64,000 bases of DNA, from contig CM059433.1 of the NCBI GenBank assembly GCA_030390025.1, positions 22,322,001-22,386,000 of the forward strand. The letters run 5' to 3'. Position 1 is the stretch's first letter. Each line of letters starts with the position of its first letter. Position numbers and translations under genes: made by a program. The stretch is from Squalus acanthias (taxonomy: Eukaryota). The notes under the pieces were generated by a model, which ran no database searches, was not told where the DNA came from, and worked only from the letters and a program-made list of their open reading frames with translations. This document shows, piece after piece, positions 20,643 through 32,600 of the stretch.

Positions 20643-22930
20643 GCTATTACTTTATAAAACACTGGTTAGGCCTCAGCTGGAGTATTGTGTTGAATTCTGG
20701 GCACCACACTTTAGGAAGGATGTCAAAGCCTTAGCCCGGATTTTGCTCACCTCGGTGGGTCCATGGCGGGCAACGTCGCTGGCAGGTCCCGACCCTGCTG
20801 CTGGCTCCACCCAGCTCTGTGCAATGAATTTCCCTTGATTAGGGCTTGTTAATTCTGCCCAGCGCGTTTCCCAGCCAATGAGAGGAAGCGGGTCTGGTGA
20901 CGTCATTTGATGACACGGCCATGTCCAACTTTATTTTGACATTTGTGCTGTCAGTGTTCTACAGCATTGAGGTGCTGCAAACACTGACAATGACTGCACA
21001 AAGGCACAGGGCTGCACCCAGTGTCTCCCATGACTCCCTCCATATGCTTATGGAAGGAGTCACAGCACGCAGGGAGGTCCTCTTCCCTTCCCAGGAGATC
21101 AACATAGCCTGGTTGTACATTGCAGAGGAGGGCACAAGAAGGTATGTGGTCATGATGACCTGGCTGCAGTGCCGCAAACGTTTCAATGATCTCAGTAGAT
21201 CACGAAACGTTAGCACAAAGCCACACTTAACCTCATCCTGCTGTGCCTCTTATCACATCCCCATCACTCTGCCTTCCCTACCCTACTCCTGCACATCCTT
21301 ACTCGCACAACTTACCTTGCACCTCCACCCATCCTTCTCTATCTATATTATCACATCCCCATCTCACTAGCCCGCCTCACACTCACCCTCATCCTAGTGC
21401 AATCATGCCAACTAACAGCACACAAGGGTAGGCACTTGGATGTTCTATACAATACTCGTAAAGTTTCTATTAATGTGGTGTCAAATATTGAAACCTTTAT
21501 TTTCAATACTTTGTGTTCTTGGACAGATTTGTGTGCACCTTTGGAAATGGCTTAGTGAGTTGCAGTGAATGGTGAGACATAACGGTACCCCCCACAATAG
21601 CCATGAGTGTGAAAGGAATGGCTTGGGCATTGTAGGGATGCTTTATGGTGTTGGTGTGGGATGGTGCCAACCTGGTGGCAGCCATATGGGTGTACAGCAT
21701 CAAGTGAAGTAAATCTGGCTATGGTGAGGCCAGCCATGGCCTCCCGGGCAGCAATGTGGTCAGGTGCTGATGCCCTGTGTCCTGTGCAACATCAGTTGAT
21801 TGAGGAGAAGGTTGGTGCTGCTGGTGTGCCTGGTGCTGCTGGTGTTGGGGCTGATCGTGGTGGGAGTCTGAGGACCAAGGTGAGAGAGTATAAAGGGCAC
21901 CCATGCTGATGGAATAGATGGCAGGTGAAGTAGAGACGACAGAAGCGATCTGTCAATGGTGAGAGAGGTAATGAGACCAGACTGGATGGAGACTTGTGTA
22001 AAGACTTGCAGCATGCTGAATCTGTTGTGGAAATGCAGTGAGGAATAGCTTGTGGCTGAGGGAAGATATCTCTGTAAGGTGGGAGCTTTCACTTTCCATT
22101 TAAAACTGTCAACTCATCAGCTTATTCAATGGCCACTGAACTCCCACCTCAGCTAGACAGACGTGGTCACGGCCAGCGTGGACCCCGTGGGTGAGCTGTC
22201 AAATGCAAAAGGTAAGCTGAAAATCATTCTGAAGTGGTTCTAAACAAGCCACTAATTACCTGAATTGGGTCGTCCGCCGCTGCCTGTCGGGTGTGCTCAG
22301 CACTGACAGACCCGACATTGAGAAAGGCACGTTGGAGCGAGTTGAAAGCAGGTTCCTAACCTGCTGTCAAAAATATCAAATTTCCCAGCCGACCCACCAC
22401 AAATCCTGCCCGCTGACCGCCCCCCCCCCTGGAAAATTCTGGCCTTACAGAGGATGCAGAAGAGGTTTACTAGAATGGTACCAGGGATGAGGACTTCACT
22501 TATGTGGGAGAGTCTGGAAAAACCAGGGTTGTTCTCCTTCGAGAAGAGACGGTTAAGAGGAGATTTAATAGAGGTGTTCAAAATCATGACTGGTTTTGAT
22601 AGAGTAAATAAGCAGAAACTGTTTCCAGTGGCGAAGGGTCGGTAACCAGAGGACGTAGATTTAAGGTGATTGGCAAAAGACCCAGAGGCGACATGAGGAA
22701 ACTTTTTTTACGCAGCGAGTTTTTATGATCTGGAAGGCACTGCCTAAAAGGGTGGTGGAAGCAGATTCAGTCGTAACATTCAAAAGAAAATTGGATAAAT
22801 ACTTGAAGGGAAAAAATTTACAGGGCTTTGGGGAAAGAGCAAGGGAGTGGAATTAATTGGATAGCTCTACCAAAAAGCCAGCACAGGCACGATGGACTGA
22901 GTCATACTGAGCTGTATCATTTTACGATTA
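20643..22930 (+). mobile_element. CR1 3' fragment (20643-20733 + 22445-22930) split by a Harbinger
   Basis: [28 protein letters not shown] joins RMQKRFTRMVPGMR..EKRRLRGDLIEVFKI. Confidence 0.88.
20734..22444. mobile_element. Non-autonomous Harbinger (1711 bp) of a distinct family, carrying a decayed Myb/SANT exon (~20990-21210, +)
   Basis: TTA TSD on both sides; imperfect TIRs GCCCGGATTTT / AAAATTCTGGCC; translation GVTARREVLFPS..AW..IA..TWLQCRKRFNDL. Confidence 0.82.
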
Positions 22931-25268
22931 TACGAAATGGCCAATAAACATTTTAAGAGCTGTTAAACTGCTCTGTTATGATGGGATGTTCTCGCTTCTT
23001 TCCAGAGTTCATTTAGTTGAGCCATTACTGTGAAGGAATGAAGATGGCTGAATGATACAGGGACAAGCTACGTGAATGCAAGGTGGAGCATTTAATGAGA
23101 AGTATCTGGAAGAATACCCTCTGAAGGAATCTAGGCTTAAAAATGATGAATGGCTGTAGCGAAGTCCCTTAAGTTTGAATCTGCCCTGAACCTGACCTTA
23201 GAAGAAATAAGAGACCCAGAGAGCAGAGATGGCTTTCTGTGACTGTCCAGAGGATAATCCTTTAATTTTGTTGCTTAATGTACACTGGCCCAAGAGCTAA
23301 AAGACAGCAAGTCAGGCAGTATATGCTCTCTGCATCTGTTAACTGAGCACTAATTGCTCTCACTAATTGAGTACAGCCTGTGCATGCGTGTAAATGGCCT
23401 TATTTAGGTTTGCTGAGAAATACTGTCCATTGAAGGCATACTGAATAGATGAGATTCGGTGGATCTGATTGCTCAGACTATTAAAATATTACTGCAGGTT
23501 TCTCCCACCCCCACCACACATAACTTTTCACTATTGCCCTTCTATATTATGACTGCTGCATATCACATTCCATCCCTAACTTCACCTGGGGTAGCAGATG
23601 AATCAGTAATGGACTTGCACGCTACTCCAAACTCTAGTGCCAGATTCACTATCTGCAGAGCAATTACTACACATGAAACTGTTGGAGCATAACATCCTAT
23701 TACTTTGATTAAAATGGGTAGCTAATAACCTCCCTCAATTTATTCCTAGCACTTGAGTGTAGGAAATATTTATTGTGACTTATTTTAAGTTCAAATGTAA
23801 CTGAAATATTTCAGACAAGGAATACATTTTTGATAACCTGTTTTGTTTCTGTGGCAAAGAGCTGTGGAATAATTCAGGGCGATCTATGATTTGCAATTGT
23901 GTTTTTAAAGTTTGACACAAATCATTTAATAAGCATCTTATTTCAAAAGTTCAATTCCAGGTACAGTTTTAATCAATGTGGCTCTTTGTCACCTGCAAAA
24001 CTAGTCTGGAAGACAAAGCAAATTTTTCAAGAAGGAGATTGAGACAGATGTCATAATCTTCTCATCTAATAATAATTATGCGAGCCCTGGTTTCTTTGCT
24101 ATTCTGCATTGATTAGAGTGTAACAATGTGTTCCAGCAACCTGTCCTCTTTACAAAGAAGAATATAAATCACTTTTTTATGCAATTTTCCTTCAGTGTTA
24201 GTTCTGTTGTTCTGTGAATTTAGTTATTGATGTACTTGTACAAAAATTCTATACTGACTATCACCAAGCACATTTCCTTTAATTATTTATGGCTCTCTCC
24301 TTTATTGTTGTGGTATTTGCATGTCAGAGTAACAACTCATTTTAATAAATTAATGTACTACACTGAGAAGCCAGTGAATTGAACCTTTTTGAATTATGCA
24401 AACACAGCCATTGAAACACAGTTCCCACTGCTTATAGCGAGTGCGTTGGTGTTAATGCGATTAGCCCGATATAAGCATTGGATGGTGTTTCATCGTTTAC
24501 AGCAGCATTTGCCCATTATAGGCGACTAATCATGGTATCAGGGATCATGATAAATGTGGAGGGTGTAAGTGCTGGAAACTGTACCAATGTCTGTGCATTT
24601 ATTGTTAATAGCTTGCATATTGGTGCTATTAATAAACATGTTCTTAACATGACACTTATGGAGCGAATGTAATTGATATCAAGCAGTGAATTTCTGCAGT
24701 GGTTCTCCCCTCTGCCACCATAACTTCAGTAAAAGAATCACAGAAACCCCATGGTACTTAAAATCATAGGGTGAACAATTCAGTTGGTTAGCGCCTTCAG
24801 TTAGCGCCTGGTGGAGGCGCTAATGGGGCGCTGATGCAGTCGTGCTGGGGCGAGGCGAATCCAGCGACGCACGCCAAATCCAACCCCCTCCTCCGTAGCG
24901 TCACCGCTATGCGTTGCCACCGGGGACCTCAGCGCCAGGCAGATCTTGACTTCAGTGAGTGTGCAACGCTCACTGGGCGCTCGATCAGCAAAATTCATTG
25001 TCGCCCCCTGCCTTAGCACCTTGCCCCGACAGTGACACAGAGAGGAGGCATCAAGCAGGTGGATGCCAGCTTTAGGGGCACTACTTAAAGGGATCATGAG
25101 CAATGAGTCGAAGCTGTCGTGTTAGTGCTGTTTCACTGCTTCCTTGTCAGTTGTGCAACAGTTTAATTCAGTCATTTAAAGGTTGTTTAGTATCAGGAGT
25201 GTTGTGGCTACTAACAATTAGTTACATTTATTCTCACAACATATCAAAGTGCTACACTTGGTTACATT

Positions 25269-26473
25269 AATAGGGCTGTCCTGGCAGTCAACCTTGCCCT
25301 CCAGGATCTACGGCGGAGGGAGCGGAGGCAACGAGATAGATTGGAAGATGTGGCCAGAGGGAGGAGGAGGGCCATCAGGGCTCTCAACAGGAGGCCTTAT
25401 CCTCCGAGGGTTTTCCGAGAACCACTTTTCCTACCTCCAATTAAGCGAGTAGCAGTGTATTAGAAGGCGCCACTTCAGCAAGGAGGTGGTCACAGAAATC
25501 TGCCACCTCCTGCAACCAGACCTCAAGCCTCAGACCAGGGTGACCACGGCTCTCCCAGTGGCAGTCAAGGTCACCGTCATCCTCAATTTCTTTGCCAGCA
25601 GATCCTTCCAGTCTGCAGCAGGAGACATATCTAACATCTCATAGTTTGCCATCCATTGCTGCATCTGGGAGGTCACAGAGGCTCTCTACATTAGGAGAAG
25701 GGACTGCATTTCCTTCCCTATCACCAGAGAGAAGCAGGACGAGCATGCATGTGGCTTTACCAGGATAGCGGGATTCCCCATAGTGCAGGGCGCTATTGAC
25801 TGCACCCACCTGGCTTTGTGGGCACCGCATAACAATCCTGAGATCTTCCATAACCGCAAAGGCTATCACTCACTTAATGTGCAGTTGGTGTGCGACCACA
25901 CACAACGAATCCTCACCGTCAATGCCCGCTATCCTGGCAGCAGCCACGATGCCTTCATCCTGCGCCAGACTGGTGTGCCAGCACTCTTCCAGCCACCAGG
26001 TCAAGCTCGCGGCGGGCTGGTCGGAGACAAGGTTTATCCACTCTCCACCTGGCTCATGACTCCCCTCTGCAACCCCAACACTCCAGCCCAGCAGTCATAT
26101 AATGAAAGCCATGCCACCATCAGGAACATCATCGAGCTCACCATCAGGGTGCTCAAGCAATGGTTCCACTGCCTTGACCGCTCGGGAGGAGCCCTCCAGT
26201 ACTTGGCTGAGCGGGTGTCCCATTTCATGGTGCTCTGCTGCATGGTCCACAACTTGGCCATCCTGAGGGCCCAGCCCTTGCCACCAGGGATTGCGGGACC
26301 ACCTCATGAGCAAGAAGAAGGAGAGGAGAAGGAGGAGGACGATGAGGAGGAAGAGGAAGATGAGGTGGAAGAGGATGAGGAGAGTAGGAACAGCAGCGTG
26401 GGAGGAGGCAGCCATTCAATCGGCCTTCCGGAAGGGCAGTCCGTGCCCACCTCATCAGACTGTAGCTCCAATA
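25269..26473 (+). pseudogene. Harbinger transposase pseudogene
   Basis: GAIDCTHL, SHDAFIL, GDKVY, IELTIRVLKQWFHCL; stops and frameshifts in the N-terminal half. Confidence 0.9.
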
Positions 26474-26639
26474 AATTAAACCCCAAATCCCCGTTGCTCA
26501 CCACATCCCCATCATTCCATCCCTGTCGCAGGCCATATCACAGCGCAAAGATGAAATGAGAGACACCACAAAATAATCCAAATTGAATTAATAAATTTAA
26601 CAATAATCAGTGAACACATATTTACAACAACAATATTAC

Positions 26640-28534
26640 CTATTCACCCTTGTGCAATCCCTTAGTGCCTCTCGTTACAATGCCTACTCTGGAGCTCCTA
26701 CGAAGTGTTGGCCCAGTGGCTGCAGCACGGCTATTGGAAGGCTGCTGAGTGTCCATGCGGGTGACTTCAGATGGCCTTGCAGGACGCCCTCGACCAGCTC
26801 TGGGCCTGGAAGGCCCGGCTGTAGACTGCACCACTTCAGCATGGGCAGCAGCAGTCTGGGCTGGCTGGATGACAGGCAGCGACAAGGGCAATGGAAGAGT
26901 GCCAGCGGTGGGAGCAGGAATGCTGTCATCCTGAGAGAGGACATCAGCTTCCTGCTCCACTGGCCCACTGCCACTGACCCGGAGCAGCACCTCAGCATCC
27001 CTGCAGCACAGATTGCTGGCCTGCTGCGACACCATGAAAGCCCTGGTTGACAGTGGTAGACCCAGCCACATTGACAGCAGTCACAGCTTACGTTGCATCG
27101 AACTGAGACTGCATGAGAGCAGTCTGAGATTGGATGCCACCAAGCATAGACTGCATTACAGCATGAAGAAATTCTGTCGCTTCCGCCTGTGCTGCAATGG
27201 AAGCTGCCAGATCACCCATCACATGCGGCATCAGGTCTGGGTCGCCATGGTCTCTCTGGGAGTCTACCATCCTTTGCAGACTGGAAACGATGGGTTCTAT
27301 GGTGTGTACAGAGCTCTGTGCAATGTTGGAGGCGGACTCCTCCACGCTCCTTACCATTGCCGAGAGGCTCTGGAGCACCCTTGCCATTGCACCTATCATC
27401 TCCGTGTGCATGCCCATCACCCTTCTTCTGAAGGCCTCCCCATCGAGGTCCTCATCTGAGTCCTGTGCAGCAGAACTCGCGCGCGAACTCACCTTCCAGG
27501 GAGCTGGCTCCCGAGCTACCCTTTCCCCCTGGCCTTGCTGCAGCCCGCTCGTTCCCAGTGCATCACCCTGTGCAGATCCTGCTACTATACTAGCCTCTAA
27601 AGAACACATAGTGCCAGTATCTGAGCTGGTGCCTGCGGGTGAGACATGCAGTGATGCGGTGTCTTCTTCCTCCTCCTCTTCTCCCACCTTACTCTCTACG
27701 GTGCCCTCAGGGACAGGCTGCTCAGGTGCTTGCTGATTATCTGAAAGCATAAAGGCACAAGAGTCGGGTTAAGGTGAGGGTAGGGGGGCAGAAAGGGAGA
27801 AATGCATGCATACAGCATGATTAGCTGGAAAGTGCAAAACGCTTGTGGGGTGAGGGGGAAGTGGAATGTGAGAAGAAGGAGTAGGGATGAACTTACCGTT
27901 GTTGTCCCCAAGGGGGTCAACGTCGCCGGTGGCCACGGCGCTCACCACCTGGCACCCAATAATCTGCAGCCCTTGTGTCTCTAGCTCAGACAGTGGTTGG
28001 GTGTCGGCTTGTCCCCCACCTGTGCGCTCCTGCTCCCTCCTGTTGTGAGCCACCTTGGCCTGCAAGAGAAAGGAAAGTATGTGAGCGAGTGTGGAACAAT
28101 GTGTTTGGGTGATGTGCCTGCCAGAGTTGAATAGCTGTGATTGTGTGCAAGGTGTGAGATGTGGGTGTGAGTGTTGGTATGTAGAGATTGTTTGGTGGGT
28201 GAGTGCTGGGGGATGTGGTGCTTTGGGCAGTGTGTGCAGACTGTGGTTCAGATGGTGGTATGTATCATTTGTTGAAGCATTGTCTCACCCTGACCACCCG
28301 AGTCAGGTCATTAAATTTCTTCCTGCACTGTGTGTGGGTCCTGGGGACCACAGTGCTGCCCGAGAAATGCTGGGCTACGTCCCTCCACATGGTGCGGAAG
28401 ACTTGCGGTGAGGGCCTCCTGCCACTAGATGGGTAGAGCACAGCCCTCCGTCTCTCCACAGCGAACACCAATGCCTCCAATGCTTGATCGCACAATCTGT
28501 GGGCTCTCTCCCTGGGGCGTGGATCTGCCATCAT
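26640..28534 (-). pseudogene. Harbinger Myb/SANT gene, 3 exons (28534-28289, 28059-27897, 27740-26640), disrupted in exon 3
   Basis: RTHTQCRKKFNDLTRVVR|GTGAGA; 163-nt exon 2; premature stop near 27088; C-terminus homologous to the other two copies. Confidence 0.85.
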
Positions 28535-29149
28535 TATGGCTGCTTGAGTCATCCAGCTCCTTCTCCTTGACCTGCTGCTGCTGGCTGAGACGGCTGCACA
28601 GCCAGCAATGATGAGAATGAGATTCTGCAGCATCAATGAACCTCCCCTTTAAGAGCTGGAACGAGCCTGTGGCAATGATGACTTGTGATTAGACTGCACC
28701 TGATATTGGTTAGCGCTTTGAGTTTAAAACCACTGAGCTAGGTAATTAGCATTTGATTTAGCGCTCCAATCCTTTCTTTGTGCAATGAGACTGAATTTTG
28801 CGTGCAGTCTGAAGCATCAGCGCCTGGTACTAATTCTCCTTCCCTTTTAAAAGGTATTGTAGAATCTGATTCCGGCACTGTTTCTAATAGGAAATTCCAT
28901 GTCCTGACAATCCTCTGCACCCCTCGCAACTAGACGAACAATGGATTAGAAGAGAACAACAGAGACATCGCACGCTACTCTGTCCAGTGACTGAACGGGT
29001 AATATCGTTCAGAGCTGTAAATTACTGTCATGAAATACTAGTCTTTTGGCTGTATTGATTTCTACTGTACTTACCAACAAACACCTACCATTACCAATAT
29101 GGAGTCAGATTTGAATCTTTAAGTTTGAGGTGAAACCCTCTTACAGCTT

Positions 29150-29665
29150 TGACCACTCGAACAGAAGGGTATCTGGAGGAACTGTCCTGTGACAGCTCGA
29201 ACAGAAGGGTATCTGGTGGAACTGTCCTGTGACAGCTCGAACAGAAGGATATCTGGAGGAACTGTCCTGTGACAGCTTGAACAGAAGGGTATCTGGTGGA
29301 ACTGTCCTGTGACAGCTCGAACAGAAGAGGAGGAACTGTCCTGTGACAGCTCGAACAGAAGTGGGGGAACTATCCTGTGACAGCTCGAACAGAAGAGGGT
29401 CTGGTGGAAGCGACCTGTGACCGCTTGCTCGAAGAGGAGCTAGTGAAACTCTGCGGTGAACGTTCGCTTAAACAGAAAAGGAGCTGGTGGAACTGACCTG
29501 TGACTGCTTGCTGAAACATAAGAGGAGTTGGGGTTCGAGGGGTCGTATGGGCTACTCCTGCTCTTATTTCTTGAGTTCTAACTATCCTGAGACTGCTCAA
29601 CCAGAAGAGGATCTGGTGGAACTGACCTGTGACTGCTCACTCGAACAGAAGATGAGCTGGTGGCG
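29150..29665 (+). repeat. 40-bp minisatellite (CGAACAGAAG..GGAACTGTCCTGTGACAGCT), with a short CR1-type 3' tail inserted at ~29528-29580
   Basis: ACAGAAG recurs at 29161, 29201, 29241 and 29281; the insert TCGAGGGGTCGTATGGGCTACTCCTGCTC resembles 19283-19315. Confidence 0.85.
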
Positions 29666-32600
29666 ATAGTGTGAGGGACCAGGGTACAGTGTTAGACACC
29701 AGGACATAGTGTGTGGGACCAGGGTATAGTGTGAGGCCCCTGGGTATAGTGTGAGGCTCCTGGGTATAGTGTGAGGCCCCTGGGTATAGTGTGAGGCCCC
29801 TGGGTATAGTGTGAGGCCCCTGTGTATAGTGTGAGGCCCCTGGGTATAGTGTGATTGACGGGGTATAGTGTGAGGCCCATGGGTATAGTGTGAGGCCCCT
29901 GGGTATAGTGTGATTGACGGGGTATAGTGTGAGGCCCCTGGGTATAGTGTGAGGCCCCTGGGTATAGTGTGATTGACGGGGTATAGTGTGAGGCCCCTGG
30001 GTATAGTGTGATTAACGGGGTATAGTGTGAGTGACGAGGGTATAGTGTGAGGCCCCTGGGTATAGTGTGAGGCCCCTGGGTATAGTGTGATTGATGGGGT
30101 ATAGTGTGAGGCCCCTGGGTATAGTGTGATTGATGGGGTATAGTGTGAGGCCCCTGGGTATAGTGCGATTGACGAGGGTATAGTGTGAGGCCCCTGGGTA
30201 TAGTGTGATTGACGGGGTATAGTGTGATGCCCCTGGGTATAGTGTGAGGCCCCTGGGTATAGTGTGATTGACGGGGTATAGTGTGAGTGACGAGGGTATA
30301 GTGTGAGTGACGAGGGTATAGTGTGAGTGACGGGGTATAGTGTGAGTGAAGGGGTATAGTGTGAGTGATGGGGTATAGTGTGACTGACGGGGTATAGTGT
30401 GAGTGATGGGGTATAGTGTGAGTGATGGGGTATAGTGTGAGGACCCTGGGTATAGTGTGAGGCCCCTGGGTATAGTGTGATTGACGGGGTATAGTGTGAG
30501 GACCCTGGGTATAGTGTGAGGCCCCTGGGTATAGTGTGATTGACGGGGTATAGTGTGAGTAACGAGGGTATAGTGTGAGTGACGAGGGTATAGTGTGAGT
30601 GACGGGGTATAGTGTGAGTGACGGGGTATAGTGTGAGTGATGGGGTATAGTGTGACTGACGGGGTATAGTGTGAGTGATGGGGTATAGTGTGAGTGATGG
30701 GGTATAGTGTGAGGCCCCTGGGTATAGTGTGAGTGACGAGGGTATAGTGTGAGGACCCTGGGTATAGTGTGAGGCCGCTGGATATAGTGTGATTGACGGG
30801 GTATAGTGTGAGTAACGAGGGTATAGTGTGAGTGACGAGGGTATAGTGTGAGTGACGAGGGTATAGTGTGAGTGACGGGGTATAGTGTGAGTGACGAGGG
30901 TATAGTGTGAGTGACGGGGTATAGTGTGAGGGACGAGGGTATAGTGTGAGTGACGAGGGTATAGTGTGAGTGACGGGGTATAGTGTGAGTGATGGGGTAT
31001 AGTGTGAGTGACGAGGGTATAGCGTGAGTGACGAGGGTATAGTGTGAGTGACGGGGTATAGTGTGAGTGACGAGGGTAAAGTGTGAGTGACGGGGTATAG
31101 TGTGAGTGATGGGGTATAGTGTGAGTGATGGGGTATAGTGTGACTGACGGGGTATAGTGTGAGGTACCCTGGTTATAGTGTGAGTGATGGGGTATAGTGT
31201 GAGTGACGGGGTATAGTGTGAGTGATGGGGTATAGTGTGAGTGACGAGGGTATAGTGTGAGTGATGGGGTATAGTGTGAGTGATGGGGTATAGTGTGAGT
31301 GACGAGGGTATAGTGTGAGTGACGAGGGTATAGTGTGAGTGACGGGGTATAGTGTGAGTGACGAGGGTAAAGTGTGAGTGACGGGGTATAGTGTGAGTGA
31401 TGGGGTATAGTGTGAGTGATGGGGTATAGTGTGACTGACGGGGTATAGTGTGAGGTACCCTGGTTATAGTGTGAGTGATGGGGTATAGTGTGAGTGACGG
31501 GGTATAGTGTGAGTGATGGGGTATAGTGTGAGTGATGGGGTATAGTGTGAGTGATGGGGTATAGTGTGAGTGACGGGGTATAGTGTGAGGCCCCTGGGTA
31601 TAGTGTGAGTGATGGGTTATAGTGTGAGTGATGGGGTATAGTGTGAGTGATGGGGTATAGTGTGAGTGATGGGGTATAGTGTGAGGCCCCTGGGTATAGT
31701 GTGAGTGATGGGGTATAGTGTGAGTGATGGGGTAAAGTGTGAGTGACGAGGGTATAGTGTGAGTGACAAGGGTATAGTGTGAGTGATGGGGTATAGTGTG
31801 AGTGATGGGGTATAGTGTGAGTGACGAGGGTATAGTGTGAGTGACGAGGGTATAGTGTGAGTGACGAGGGTATAGTGTGATTGACGGGGTATAGTGTGAG
31901 TGATGGGGTATAGTGTGAGTGACGAGGGTATAGTGTGAGGACCCTGGGTATAGTGTGAGTGACGAGGGTATAGTGTGAGTGACGAGGGTATAGTGTGAGG
32001 ACACTGGGTATAGTGTGAGGACCCTGGGTATAGTGTGAGTGACGAGGGTATAGTGTGAGTGACGAGGGTATAGTGTGAGGACACTGGGTATAGTGTGAGG
32101 CCCCTGGGTATAGTGTGATTGACGGGGTATAGTGTGAGTAACGAGGGTATAGTGTGAGTGACGAGGGTATAGTGTGAGTGACGAGGGTATAGTGTGATTG
32201 ACGGGGTATAGTGTGAGTGATGGGGTATAGTGTGAGTGATGGGGTATAGTGTGAGGCCGCTGGGTATAGAGTGAGTGACGAGGGTATAGTGTGAGTGACG
32301 GGGTATAGTGTGAGTGATGGGGTATAGTGTGAGTGACGAGGGTATAGTGTGAGTGACGAGGGTATAGTGTGAGTGATGGGGTATAGTGTGAGTGGCGAGG
32401 GTATAGTGTGAGTGATGGGGTATAGTGTGAGGCCCCTGGTTATAGTGTGAGTGACGGGGTATAGTGTGAGTGACGGGGTATAGTGTGAGGCCCCTGGTTA
32501 TAGTGTGAGTGACGGGGTATAGTGTGAGTGACGGGGTATAGTGTGAGTGACGAGGGTATAGTGTGAGTGACGGGGTATAGTGTGAGTGATGGGGTATAGT

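Larger units (their letters stand above)
24769..28844. mobile_element. Decayed full-length Harbinger, sister family (right end uncertain)
   Basis: Left TIR GGGTGAACAATTCAGT; transposase and Myb genes convergent; right TIR degenerate. Confidence 0.85.

Noticed and set aside
22930..24680. Host exons or a conserved element in the AT-rich, apparently unique stretch
   Set aside because: No recognisable protein similarity or convincing spliced ORF by eye; needs cross-species alignment.
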